A stretch of 32,000 nucleotides of DNA from Fidelibacterota bacterium (GTDB lineage Bacteria > Fidelibacterota > Fidelibacteria > Fidelibacterales > Fidelibacteraceae), in assembly GCA_021157965.1 (NCBI GenBank), contig JAGGVO010000041.1, forward strand, positions 224,119 through 256,118, written 5' to 3'. The notes below the pieces were generated by a model, which did not search any database, was not told where the DNA came from, and saw only the letters and a program-made list of their open reading frames with translations. Below are positions 9,646 to 18,470 of this stretch, one piece after another (position 1 is the stretch's first letter; each line of letters begins with the position of its first letter). Both the position numbers and the translations under genes were made by a program.

Positions 9646-10068
9646 TTATTCTCCTATAATTTTAACCAAAACCCGTTTGGGCCTGCGCCCGTCAAATTCA
9701 CCATAGAAGATCTGTTCCCAGGGACCAAAATCAAGGCGGCCTTTTGTGACGGCCACAACGACTTCACGTCCCATGATTTGCCGCTTGTGGTGAGCATCTC
9801 CGTTATCTTCCCCGGTCCTGTTGTGAGCATACAGATCTGTTCCCGGATCAAAGGGCGCCAGTTTTTCCAACCAGCGTTTATAATCCTGGTGAAGACCCGG
9901 CTCGTCGTCATTAATGAAAACAGAGGCGGTAATGTGCATGGCATTGACAAGACACAATCCTTCCTTTATGCCCGATTCACGAACCAGATCTTCCACATGG
10001 CCGGTGATATTTACAAAATCCATCCTCGCGGGAATGTTAAATGTAAGGTGTTTTGTCAGTGATTTCAT
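9646..10068 (-). CDS. YjbQ/UPF0047 family protein (start likely at internal Met MKSLTKHL, 10068)
   Basis: [72 protein letters not shown]. Confidence 0.92.
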   Translation of the reverse strand: MKSLTKHLTFNIPARMDFVNITGHVEDLVRESGIKEGLCLVNAMHITASVFINDDEPGLHQDYKRWLEKLAPFDPGTDLYAHNRTGEDNGDAHHKRQIMGREVVVAVTKGRLDFGPWEQIFYGEFDGRRPKRVLVKIIGE

Positions 10069-10149
10069 AAGACCCCCTTTAACTTGAAAAGGTAAGGAAA
10101 AAAGAAGGAAAATAGAAAGCAACATTCTTCGCCATTCAGAGTAAAACTA

Positions 10150-10179
10150 TTGAAAAGTGGAACAGACATCCCGTATATT
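10150..10179 (+). promoter_or_regulatory. candidate sigma70-like promoter for the plus-strand baeRF gene (TTGAAA-N18-TATATT)
   Basis: Boxes at 10150-10155 and 10174-10179 in the divergent intergenic region. Confidence 0.35.
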
Positions 10180-10243
10180 GAATTAGAAATGCCTCGAATA
10201 ACATAAATATCTCAACATAACAATTAGTACAAGGAGGACTGGT

Positions 10244-11374
10244 ATGAATTCAGTGACGGTAATTCAGTCTCTGCAAACACTGAAAACCGAAGGGAATCCC
10301 GTAACAACGGTTTATCTTGACGTGTCTACATCCCAAAAGCTCCGAAATGCAGTTGTTGTTGTCAACAACATGTTTAAACAGAAAAAAGAGAAGACTTTTT
10401 ATAAAAACCTTTCAGAAAAGGAAAAAGTGTCTGTGCGGAAAGATGTGGAGGGTATTATCAAATTCCTTAATAACCAGCTGGGAGAAGATCGACAGTCGTT
10501 AATGATCGTATCGTCCAATCGGGCTTATGTGTGGCAGGTGATTCATCTGGGATTTCCGGTTGAAAATATGATGATGATTCAGGACCGCCCCTATCTGCGC
10601 CCTTTTCTGGAAGGCATCAGCCATGAACGGAATTATGCCATTGTCATGGTGGATCAGGGAAAGGCTAAAATTCTGATGAATCATCTCGGGAACAAGGAAG
10701 AAATGTTCAATGTGGTGAATCTGCTTCCTGAAGATGCCAATGAAGGCGGTTTTGGCGGTATGGATGAACGGAAGAATGAACGCCATCGTGAAGAGGTTGT
10801 GGCCAAGCATTATAAAAATGTGGCGGCTCAACTGGAAACACTGGATCGGAAATACCATTTTGACTGGATAATTTTGGGCGGACTCCGTGAGAGTATCTCC
10901 GATTTTGCCAACTATCTTAAAACCAATCTGAAGGATAAAATCAGCCGTGAAATCCATGTGGATCCCAATCTTCCCATGGATAAAGTTTTTCAGCTTGTGG
11001 ATAAGGAGATCCCGGGATGCCGTATGGATTTTGAGAAAGACATCCTGAATATGTTTGCCAATGAATTCCACAAGAACTACAAAGGTGTTGCCGGAATACA
11101 CCAGACGGAAGAAGCTCTTCAAAAGGGACAGGTGGACATGCTGATGATTCAGAATGGTTTTCAGACCAAAGGACGGGTGTGTAAATGGTGTTTGCACATG
11201 ACAACAGGGGAAGAAGACGAATGCCCCGGTTGCGGTCATCCCATGGTCCGAACCCTGGATATTACTGATGAGCTGATTCACCAGGCTTTGGATACCGGAG
11301 CGAAAATTGAATTTATCTCCTCGGATATGGGAGAATTTTCGCCCTTGTGCGGACTTCTTCGATATAAACCGTAA
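10244..11374 (+). CDS. bacterial archaeo-eukaryotic release factor-like protein (baeRF; eRF1/Pelota/Vms1-related) with C-terminal Zn ribbon
   Basis: GNPVTTVYLDVS; PFLEGISHERNYAIVMVDQGKAKIL; GGFGGMDERKNERHREEVVAKHY; DWIILGGLRE; CKWC...CPGCG; AKIEFISSDMGEFSPLCGLLRY. Confidence 0.75.
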   Translation: MNSVTVIQSLQTLKTEGNPVTTVYLDVSTSQKLRNAVVVVNNMFKQKKEKTFYKNLSEKEKVSVRKDVEGIIKFLNNQLGEDRQSLMIVSSNRAYVWQVIHLGFPVENMMMIQDRPYLRPFLEGISHERNYAIVMVDQGKAKILMNHLGNKEEMFNVVNLLPEDANEGGFGGMDERKNERHREEVVAKHYKNVAAQLETLDRKYHFDWIILGGLRESISDFANYLKTNLKDKISREIHVDPNLPMDKVFQLVDKEIPGCRMDFEKDILNMFANEFHKNYKGVAGIHQTEEALQKGQVDMLMIQNGFQTKGRVCKWCLHMTTGEEDECPGCGHPMVRTLDITDELIHQALDTGAKIEFISSDMGEFSPLCGLLRYKP

Positions 11375-11376
11375 CC

Positions 11377-11422
11377 TGTTGATAATGCAGGGACTTTTAG
11401 GAAAAGTCTCAACAAATTTTTT
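11377..11422 (+). terminator. candidate bulged hairpin terminator after the baeRF gene
   Basis: TGTTGA (11377-82)/TCAACA (11409-14) outer stem and GACTTTT/AAAAGTC (11392-98/11402-08) inner stem, followed by AATTTTTT. Confidence 0.5.
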
Positions 11423-11435
11423 AATAAAAGGGTTT

Positions 11436-11456
11436 AAAACTATGATATATAGTTTT
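11436..11456. repeat. 8-bp perfect inverted repeat AAAACTAT-gatat-ATAGTTTT directly upstream of a promoter
   Basis: Arms 11436-11443 and 11449-11456; 4 nt before the candidate -35 box. Confidence 0.65.
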
Positions 11457-11460
11457 TATC

Positions 11461-11489
11461 TTGACTTTCATGTGTTTTGAATTTATATT
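11461..11489 (+). promoter_or_regulatory. candidate sigma70-like promoter TTGACT-N17-TATATT driving the lipoprotein/MotAB/FliFG-like cluster
   Basis: -35 at 11461-11466, -10 at 11484-11489, exact 17-bp spacer, ~70 nt upstream of the first start codon. Confidence 0.55.
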
Positions 11490-11561
11490 TTTTTAAGTAT
11501 GTATATATGTTGAAAGTTGTTATTCAACAACCGTAAATTCAAAATAAAAAAGGAAAACAGG

Positions 11562-12488
11562 ATGTCCCTCAATCGATGGCTTCGTTTGGGAACCGTTTTG
11601 GTGTTGTTGTCAGGTTGTGCCTGGTTCAGGGGGGGCGAGAGTCCCGAAGGGGACGAAGGACTTGCCGTTGATTCAACGGAAATAGCTTTACAGAATGATT
11701 TAATTCAACAGGAAATGAATGAGATCACGACTTCCGGTACCCGGGATAGTGTTATTCAGGAGCGGGATTATTCCTTTGTTTTGAATGAGCTCTCCTATGA
11801 ATTGAAAAAACAGGGTGCCCGGATCAAACACCTGGAATCTGAGCTGAAAGACCTGAAGGCAAAATCCACCCTCTGGGAGAATCCCCTGAAGATTTATAAT
11901 AAAGAAATCATTCTTCAGAACGGGACCAGCATGTTTGGCAAGATCATGTACCAGGATAGTGATATTTTAAAAGTTCAAACGCTCATCGGGTACTTTGTCC
12001 TTTCCCGTGATGAGGTAGTGCGTATTGTGGATAATATTCCCGCATCTGCTGTTGAAAGCCGCGAAGTTGCGGCGGATCAGGCTTCCGGACAGCCGGTATC
12101 GGTACCGACAGCGGAAACGATTTCTCCTGTTGAATTACCGGAAAGACCCTCACCATCGGCGGTGGATGCAAATTGTATTTTGGTGGGGAACATCCGTGAA
12201 AGCACGGATCCCTCGGGGAATCGCATTTTTTCTGGAGAGGTGAAGAATATAGGTGCCCGTCGGGCTGATTTTGTAAAGATCACATTTGTCTTTCGCATGA
12301 ACTGGAGCGGTGAGACGAAAACCCTGACGACCTTTGTCAAGGGATCCTTTATGAATTATGCCAGTGGTGTTAGCTCTGATGCGGCCTTACTGCCCGGTGC
12401 CACCGGAAGGTTCACATTGAATATTCCGGCATCTTTTGGTACATTTATCGGTTATTCATATAGCATTAACTGGGAGGAATATGATTAA
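11562..12488 (+). CDS. lipoprotein with coiled coil and FxLYD-like C-terminal domain
   Basis: RBS-like AAAGGAAAACAGG before ATG 11562; lipobox VLLSGC; heptad-rich ELSYELKKQGARIKHLESELKDLKAK; C-term GEVKNIGARRADFVKITFVF. Confidence 0.7.
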   Translation: MSLNRWLRLGTVLVLLSGCAWFRGGESPEGDEGLAVDSTEIALQNDLIQQEMNEITTSGTRDSVIQERDYSFVLNELSYELKKQGARIKHLESELKDLKAKSTLWENPLKIYNKEIILQNGTSMFGKIMYQDSDILKVQTLIGYFVLSRDEVVRIVDNIPASAVESREVAADQASGQPVSVPTAETISPVELPERPSPSAVDANCILVGNIRESTDPSGNRIFSGEVKNIGARRADFVKITFVFRMNWSGETKTLTTFVKGSFMNYASGVSSDAALLPGATGRFTLNIPASFGTFIGYSYSINWEEYD

Positions 12489-13422
12489 GCGATTCTCGGC
12501 GTTACCGCATGTGATGATTCCGCTGCTTTTCTCTGTCCTTTTTCTTGCAGCCTGCGGAGGATCCCGTCCGGAAGTTCCTCCGGAGAAACTACAGCGGACC
12601 GAAGATGACCTGCGGAGGCGCGAACAGGAAGTCCAGCAAAAAACCATCGAGATTCTTGATCTGAAAAACCAGATCATTATACTCCAAAGTGAAATCAGTG
12701 AACTGAAATCCAATATTATCGAACTGGAAAGCCATCGTGATTCCCTTCGCTCCAGGCTGATGAATGAAAAAATGTCTGCCGAAGAGCTGGAGGGGATGTT
12801 ATCGGAACTGGACGAAAAAAACCTGGAACTGAAACGACAAAACGAGCTGCTTCAATCGTACCTGAATGCATCGCAGGATTCTATCCTGAAGGCGCTGGAA
12901 ACGGCTGCCGTGAAAGAATCCGAACAAAATCTTTTAAAAACAATCTCCCGGAATGAACCGGTAAAAACCGATACGGCAGTGGGAAAAATCGTTGCCGACA
13001 CAAGCGCTTTGAATGCAGCTATAAGTCCTGTCATGGATCTGACCCAGGATGAATACCTGCAGCGGTATCAGGATGCTCTGGACCTCCTGTTCGACAAACA
13101 ACGCAATAAGGCCATCGAGGAATTCAGGGAATTGATCCGAATTGCCCCGGATAACGATTATTCAGACAATTGCCAATACTGGATTGGTGAAGGGTATTAT
13201 GCACAGGGGCTCTACAGTCGTGCCATTGAGGAATTTGAAAAAGTCAAAACGCTGCCGAACGGCAATAAAGCTGATCATGCCCAATTTAAAATCGGTCTGT
13301 CTTACCTGAAACTGGGACAGAAAGTAGAAGGTCTGGAAGCCTTTAAAAAACTTCTGGAGGAATATCCGAACAGTGAATTGGTCGGCAAGGTCCGGGATAT
13401 GATTAATTCAGGACAGTTCTGA
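12481..13422 (+). CDS. lipoprotein with long coiled coil and C-terminal TPRs (CpoB/YbgF-like)
   Basis: Lipobox FLAAC at the ATG 12481 start; long charged coiled coil; YQDALDLLFDKQRNKAIEEFRELIRIAPDNDYSDNCQYWIGEGYYAQG; 8-nt overlap with previous gene. Confidence 0.8.
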   Translation: MIKRFSALPHVMIPLLFSVLFLAACGGSRPEVPPEKLQRTEDDLRRREQEVQQKTIEILDLKNQIIILQSEISELKSNIIELESHRDSLRSRLMNEKMSAEELEGMLSELDEKNLELKRQNELLQSYLNASQDSILKALETAAVKESEQNLLKTISRNEPVKTDTAVGKIVADTSALNAAISPVMDLTQDEYLQRYQDALDLLFDKQRNKAIEEFRELIRIAPDNDYSDNCQYWIGEGYYAQGLYSRAIEEFEKVKTLPNGNKADHAQFKIGLSYLKLGQKVEGLEAFKKLLEEYPNSELVGKVRDMINSGQF

Positions 13423-13423
13423 T

Positions 13424-14080
13424 ATGAAATTTTTGTGTTTCGTCTGTTCTTTGACATGTTTTGCCACTTTGGGTTTTTCTCAGGACCCTATGCTGGATAT
13501 GGATATGCTTTTTCCTGAACGGTCCGTCAGACAGGATTCTGCCCTGATAAACCTGCAATCTTCAGGAACGGATATGGGAGGGGCCGTCTCTCTGGCGGAA
13601 TTGCAAAAACGTATAGAACGCCTGGAAGAAGAAGTCCGATTGCTTAAAAAAGCCCTGGAAGAACGGCAACAGGTTACAGAAAAAAAGCCTGATGATCCGG
13701 GATTTCCTCTCATTGAGCAGCAACTGTATGCCCGGGCTCTCCGCTATTTTACAGCCGGGGATTATGGAAAGGCATCCGAATTGCTTCGGCAGGTGAGAGA
13801 AAACACACAAGAGAAAGAACTGAACCTCAGCGCCCTCTACTGGCTGGGGGAATGTGCCTTTCGGCAAAACAACTACAATGAAGCCGTGGTGCTTCTCCAG
13901 GAACTGCTTTCCGAAGAGAGTAAAATATTCCGGGAAAATGCCCTGATCCTTGTTGCCATCAGTTTCAGAAATCTCGGAAAACAGGCCGAATCCGAACGCT
14001 ATTTTCAGGCATATCTGGAAGCATACCCCGATTCAAAATATTCGGCCCTCGCCCGGAGAGAATTGAAAAAAAATCAGTGA
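13424..14080 (+). CDS. periplasmic coiled-coil/TPR protein (CpoB/YbgF-like)
   Basis: Signal peptide, short coiled coil, TPRs ARALRYFTAGDYGKASELLRQVRE..., ESERYFQAYLEAYPDSKYSALARREL. Confidence 0.75.
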   Translation: MKFLCFVCSLTCFATLGFSQDPMLDMDMLFPERSVRQDSALINLQSSGTDMGGAVSLAELQKRIERLEEEVRLLKKALEERQQVTEKKPDDPGFPLIEQQLYARALRYFTAGDYGKASELLRQVRENTQEKELNLSALYWLGECAFRQNNYNEAVVLLQELLSEESKIFRENALILVAISFRNLGKQAESERYFQAYLEAYPDSKYSALARRELKKNQ

Positions 14081-15438
14081 TAAAAGTGATAAAAAACATG
14101 AAACAATTAAAATGGCTGTTCCTTCTGTTATGCGTGGTACTGTACGGCCATACGGCCCACGCATCCTCTCAGGTTTCCTTTATGAAACCGGGGCCCATGA
14201 TGCGGGTGCCGTCAAGTTCTGTGGAAGACTCACCCTATCTTTTCCGGACCGGTTTCGGTTCCGATCTGTACGGAATCGAAGATTTTCGCATGTCCAAAGG
14301 GGTCTTTTTCGATATGGACATTATCAATTCACTGAATGTGGGATTCTCCGTGATCCAGCCCTATGATGTTACCGCCATGAATACATCCGATGTGGAATAC
14401 GGCTTTCACCTGACGAAACGGGTTATGGCCTATGGGGATATTTCCATGGCTGTGGGACTTTGGGATTTTGTCCTGAGGAATATCGATGACGAAATGCAGG
14501 TGGATAATCAGAACTTTTCCTTTTTTGCTGTGATTTCTACTGAAAAGATGATGGGAGAAACGGGTTTTAATACATATATGGGTGTGGGTAGCGGTGGACT
14601 TTCCCGGGGTTTTTCAAGTAATGATACTACCACAAGTATAGGGGTTTTTGCCGGTTTCCTGTTCAGGACCGGTATGATGGCAGATCGGGGAGGGATTAAC
14701 CTGATTGGTGAATTTGACGGAGGGGGATTGAATCTGGGGATGGAAATCCCCCTGACGACAGAATACAGGTTGAATCTGGGTATCTCCCAATTACAGTGGC
14801 TGCCGAATTTTGGGAAGGAAAATGAGACCGATCTGCCGGCCATATCCATGGGCCTCACCCTGGCCATCCCCCGAAGTTTGCCGGGACGGGCATCACGGCG
14901 CAGCGGTATAGCGGTTGGTACGGGTGAGAATACAGGAACATCGGCGACAGAATCGGAATACCGTGCCAAACTGGATTCCATCCTGAGAGAAGCAGATGCC
15001 ACCATTATGGGCCTCCGGGATTCCCTGAGGATATCTGTCCAGACGGTGGACGACCTGAACAATACCATCGCCCTTCTCCGTCAGCAGAAATCCGTCCTGG
15101 AAGATTCTCTCCAATCGGTGAAACTTCAGCAGCATGTGATGCAGCAAAATATCAATCTGGCCCTGAAGCATTTGAGCCGGAGTCTCCGGTATTTTTATGC
15201 CGGCGATTATATTCAGGCGCTGAATGAGGTGGATATTGCCATCCAGCTCAATCCCAATCTTTCTCTTGCCTACGCACGCCGGGGGTCGATTTATTACAAA
15301 ATGGGAGATATTCAAAGGGCGGCGATCAACTGGAATCTGGCCCTGCAGATCGACCCCGAATATGATGATGTCCGCAATATTCTGAAGGTCCTCCAGGAAA
15401 CCCGCTCTCGTACAGGGTCCTTCATGAACAATAACTAA
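14077..15438 (+). CDS. secreted protein: outer-membrane-barrel-like N-terminal region, coiled coil and C-terminal TPRs (GTG 14077 or ATG 14098 start)
   Basis: Signal peptide KWLFLLLCVVLYGHTAHA; alternating Gly/aromatic strands; NTIALLRQQKSVLEDSL coiled coil; TPRs RSLRYFYAGDYIQALNEVDIAIQLNPNLSLAYARRGSIYYKMGD. Confidence 0.65.
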   Translation: MIKVIKNMKQLKWLFLLLCVVLYGHTAHASSQVSFMKPGPMMRVPSSSVEDSPYLFRTGFGSDLYGIEDFRMSKGVFFDMDIINSLNVGFSVIQPYDVTAMNTSDVEYGFHLTKRVMAYGDISMAVGLWDFVLRNIDDEMQVDNQNFSFFAVISTEKMMGETGFNTYMGVGSGGLSRGFSSNDTTTSIGVFAGFLFRTGMMADRGGINLIGEFDGGGLNLGMEIPLTTEYRLNLGISQLQWLPNFGKENETDLPAISMGLTLAIPRSLPGRASRRSGIAVGTGENTGTSATESEYRAKLDSILREADATIMGLRDSLRISVQTVDDLNNTIALLRQQKSVLEDSLQSVKLQQHVMQQNINLALKHLSRSLRYFYAGDYIQALNEVDIAIQLNPNLSLAYARRGSIYYKMGDIQRAAINWNLALQIDPEYDDVRNILKVLQETRSRTGSFMNNN

Positions 15439-15447
15439 GGAGTCTGA

Positions 15448-16242
15448 ATGGATTTTGCAACCATCTTAGGGATTTTTATGGGCCTGGGACTGATCTTTTT
15501 TGGAATTACACTCCTTACACAGGATTATCAGATGTTTTGGTCCCTGCCCTCCCTTGCCATTGTTTTGGGAGGATCCCTTGCCGCCACACTGATTGCCTTT
15601 CCCCTTCACGAAGTCGGCCGCGTTTTTAAGGTGATTGGCATTGTCTTCAGAAAAGAACGGCGGGATATGCAAACGCTGGTCCGCCAGGTTACGGAACTGG
15701 CGGCTTTTGCCCGGCGGGGTCCAACAGAACTTGAGAAGCACATTGAAGAGGTGAAACATCCCTTTTTGAAGGATGGTATTCAGCTTGTGATTGACGGCTA
15801 TAGTGATGCTGATATCCGGGAAATCCTCACGTTGCGGATTGTAAACCGTGAACAGCGTGAAAAAGGGGAAGTGAATGTTGTAAAAACCATGGGAAAACTA
15901 TCCCCTGCTTTTGGTATGATCGGAACCCTTATCGGATTGGTTGTGATGCTATATGGCATGAGTGTAAGCGATGCGTCGGGCGATATGGCGGCTCAGCTTG
16001 GAAGAGGGATGGGTGCGGCCATTGTGACAACCTTCTACGGGGCTATTCTGGCGAATCTCTTTTTCAATCCAGCTGCCGCGAAAATCGATTCCCGTATTCA
16101 GAAAGCTTCCATGCTTCAACTGATGCTCATCGAAGGTGTTTGTCTTCTCTATCACCGGAAACATCCCCTCATTGTCCGGGAAAAGCTGAATTCCTTTCTC
16201 CCCCCCCGGGACTGGATCCGTGAAGAAGAACGAAAAGGCTGA
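15448..16242 (+). CDS. MotA/PomA family stator protein
   Basis: ILGIFMGLGLIFFGI...VLGGSLAATLIAFP; LSPAFGMIGTLIGLVVML; RGMGAAIVTTFYGAILANLFFNP. Confidence 0.9.
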   Translation: MDFATILGIFMGLGLIFFGITLLTQDYQMFWSLPSLAIVLGGSLAATLIAFPLHEVGRVFKVIGIVFRKERRDMQTLVRQVTELAAFARRGPTELEKHIEEVKHPFLKDGIQLVIDGYSDADIREILTLRIVNREQREKGEVNVVKTMGKLSPAFGMIGTLIGLVVMLYGMSVSDASGDMAAQLGRGMGAAIVTTFYGAILANLFFNPAAAKIDSRIQKASMLQLMLIEGVCLLYHRKHPLIVREKLNSFLPPRDWIREEERKG

Positions 16243-16901
16243 TGGAAAAAACAAAGAAAAAAATACCCCTTCCCCCTGAAGAGACGGATTCGGAAGAGTG
16301 GCTTGTTACCTATTCGGATATCATGACACTGCTCATGACTTTTTTCGTATTGCTTTTTTCCATGTCCACCATCGACCCTGTGAAAATTGAACAGTTTGGT
16401 GAGGCGATGGGAAAGGAACTGGGAGTCAAGACCTCTGAAAGAACCGGCCGGGTCTCCCTTGCCCAGATTGACCGGGACGTGAAGGAGATTGTCAACGAAG
16501 AAAACTTAAACGAATATGTGGAAGTCACCCATTCCTACAGAGGGGTGACTATCTCGATTGTGGCTGATATCCTGTTTACCCGGGGAAGTGCCGAGCTGAA
16601 TCCCCGGGTCTATTCGATTCTTAACAAATTTATTCCGAAGATTCAAAATTCCATCTATCAGATTGCTGTGGAGGGACATACAGACAGTGATCCCATCCAT
16701 TCGGATAAATATCCGTCAAACTGGGAATTGTCTGCTGCCAGAGCCTCGCAGGTTGTCAATTATTATATTTCACAAGGCATTGATCCGGAACGTTTCAGGG
16801 CCATTGGTTTTGCTCATACCCGGCCTAAAAAACCAAATACAAGTCCGGAAAACAAGAGCCAGAACCGCCGGGTTGAAATAACATTCCTGGCAATATCTTA
16901 A
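16242..16901 (+). CDS. MotB family stator protein with OmpA-like peptidoglycan-binding domain
   Basis: WLVTYSDIMTLLMTFFVLLFSMS (channel Asp retained); VEGHTDSDPI...NWELSAARASQVVNY...NRRVEITF. Confidence 0.93.
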   Translation: MEKTKKKIPLPPEETDSEEWLVTYSDIMTLLMTFFVLLFSMSTIDPVKIEQFGEAMGKELGVKTSERTGRVSLAQIDRDVKEIVNEENLNEYVEVTHSYRGVTISIVADILFTRGSAELNPRVYSILNKFIPKIQNSIYQIAVEGHTDSDPIHSDKYPSNWELSAARASQVVNYYISQGIDPERFRAIGFAHTRPKKPNTSPENKSQNRRVEITFLAIS

Positions 16902-16916
16902 TAAAGGAGAGCTACA

Positions 16917-18470
16917 ATGAATTGTCGGAATCGCATGTGTTTAACTCTGGCAATAATTCTGTTAACATCAGCTATGCTGAGTGGTGAATCCCCGAATTAT
17001 CTGTCCCAGAAACTCGCACTCGAACAGGCACTCCAGAATAAAATTTCACAGGCTGTAGAACGCATTCTCGGGAATAATCATTTTATTGTTGATGTGAAAG
17101 CAGATTTGGATTTTGTTCCCGATCAGCGCGTTGAGGAAGTGTATGAACCGGCGGTACCGGGACGTGCACTTGTACAACCGGCTCCTGAAGCCGAAAGTTC
17201 CCGGGAAAGGGACAGGGCCTACGAAGAAGAATACAATGAAATTCTCCCCGGCATACCTGCGCGGATTGGCGACCGCGGATTGGATATCCTGACAGAAGAG
17301 CTTCCGTCAGATACTTCCCGTATCCGCGAGGAGCAAACAGCCGTTCTGCCGGGAGTTGAGAATATTGAACCGGAGAGGCTCAAAAGCCGTTCGGTTGCCC
17401 GTTCTGTTCCCCTGATTCCGAAAGTCAGGAAACTGGACATCAGCATCATTTTAAAGGAAGGCATCGAGCCGGATCTGGTGGAATCCATTCGTCAGGTGGC
17501 AATGATTGCCTCCCATTTCGACCGCTCCCGGGGAGATATGCTGAGTATTATGACAACGACTTTCAGGGATGACAAGCTGATGGCCGGTGCGGAAACCGGA
17601 GTAATACCGGGAGATGTTGAGTATCAGCCATCCCGCGAAGAACAGGAACGGACCGATGAAACTCAGGAACTGATTCGCCAAATCCAGGATCAGATTGAAC
17701 GGCTTTCACAACAGCAGCAGAGGCAGGCGCCCCGGAGCAATGAACCCACACCAACGGAAAACATGCTGCTTAAAATCATTGATAAGCTCAATACCCGTCA
17801 GTCCCTTGCCGATGATCTGGAAACACAGAAGATGATTACGGAGCAGAAGCTCCGGCTTGAAATGCTGGGACGCGATACTACCCGATTGCAGGAACTCCGG
17901 GATGAAATAGCAGCCCTGAAACTTCAGCTGGCAACCCGGGAAATGGCTGTTGAAGACCGGGAAAGTACACGGGCTGCATCAGACAGTATGCTTCGGGAAA
18001 AAGAAGAACTGGAAGAGGCCATTGCGGAAAAAATCGCCCTCCTCTCGGAGACGCAAAAAGAGCTTATGGACATGCAAAAGGCTCAAATCCCCTGGTGGTT
18101 CTGGGGGCTTCTGGCTGCTTTGCTTGCTGTTGTCATTGTGCTGGTTGTACTGATTCTGAACCGCGGCAGAGTGCGCCGTCAGGAGGAAGAAGCTCCGAAA
18201 CCGGAACCGGCAGCCAGCGAGGATGCCCTCCGTGAAAAGATTCTCAGGGAATTGCGGGAAAGCAAGAAAGAGAGCAAACTTGAGCGGGAACCGGATCAGG
18301 GATCCGATATGGCTGAAAAGCGGGCGGAGCTGGAAGGAATCCGGAAAAATATCGTCAATATGAGTGTAGCCAACCCCGATACTGCCAGCAAGATTATCCG
18401 GGATTGGATGGAAGAAGATGAAACGCCCGCAGACCAGGCGGAAGAAAAAGGAGAACGGAAAAATGAGTGA
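16917..18470 (+). CDS. FliF-like (MS-ring RBM3 region/C-tail) membrane protein with added periplasmic coiled coil
   Basis: LEQALQNKISQAVERILGNNHFIVDVKADLDFVPDQRVEE; VRKLDISIILKEGIEPDLVESIRQVAMIASHFDRSRGDMLSIMTTTF; TM IPWWFWGLLAALLAVVIVLVVLI; C-tail IRKNIVNMSVANPDTASKIIRDWMEED resembling the FliF FliG-binding tail. Confidence 0.75.
   Translation: MNCRNRMCLTLAIILLTSAMLSGESPNYLSQKLALEQALQNKISQAVERILGNNHFIVDVKADLDFVPDQRVEEVYEPAVPGRALVQPAPEAESSRERDRAYEEEYNEILPGIPARIGDRGLDILTEELPSDTSRIREEQTAVLPGVENIEPERLKSRSVARSVPLIPKVRKLDISIILKEGIEPDLVESIRQVAMIASHFDRSRGDMLSIMTTTFRDDKLMAGAETGVIPGDVEYQPSREEQERTDETQELIRQIQDQIERLSQQQQRQAPRSNEPTPTENMLLKIIDKLNTRQSLADDLETQKMITEQKLRLEMLGRDTTRLQELRDEIAALKLQLATREMAVEDRESTRAASDSMLREKEELEEAIAEKIALLSETQKELMDMQKAQIPWWFWGLLAALLAVVIVLVVLILNRGRVRRQEEEAPKPEPAASEDALREKILRELRESKKESKLEREPDQGSDMAEKRAELEGIRKNIVNMSVANPDTASKIIRDWMEEDETPADQAEEKGERKNE

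Noticed and set aside
10499-11281. 260-aa minus-strand ORF
   Set aside because: Antisense shadow of the baeRF gene; low-complexity His/Phe/Ile-rich translation without motifs.
14508-15068. 186-aa minus-strand ORF
   Set aside because: Antisense to the barrel/TPR gene; Ser/Pro/Arg-rich shadow translation.
15448-16901. Zorya-type anti-phage system (ZorAB are MotAB-like)
   Set aside because: MotA here lacks the long C-terminal tail of ZorA, and no ZorC/D/E-like helicase or nuclease genes are present; FliF/FliG-like partners fit better.
12481-16901. Tol-Pal system (TolQR + YbgF)
   Set aside because: The stator B subunits carry OmpA-like peptidoglycan-binding domains typical of MotB, not TolR; no TolA, TolB or Pal was recognised. 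The YbgF-like TPR proteins alone are not diagnostic.
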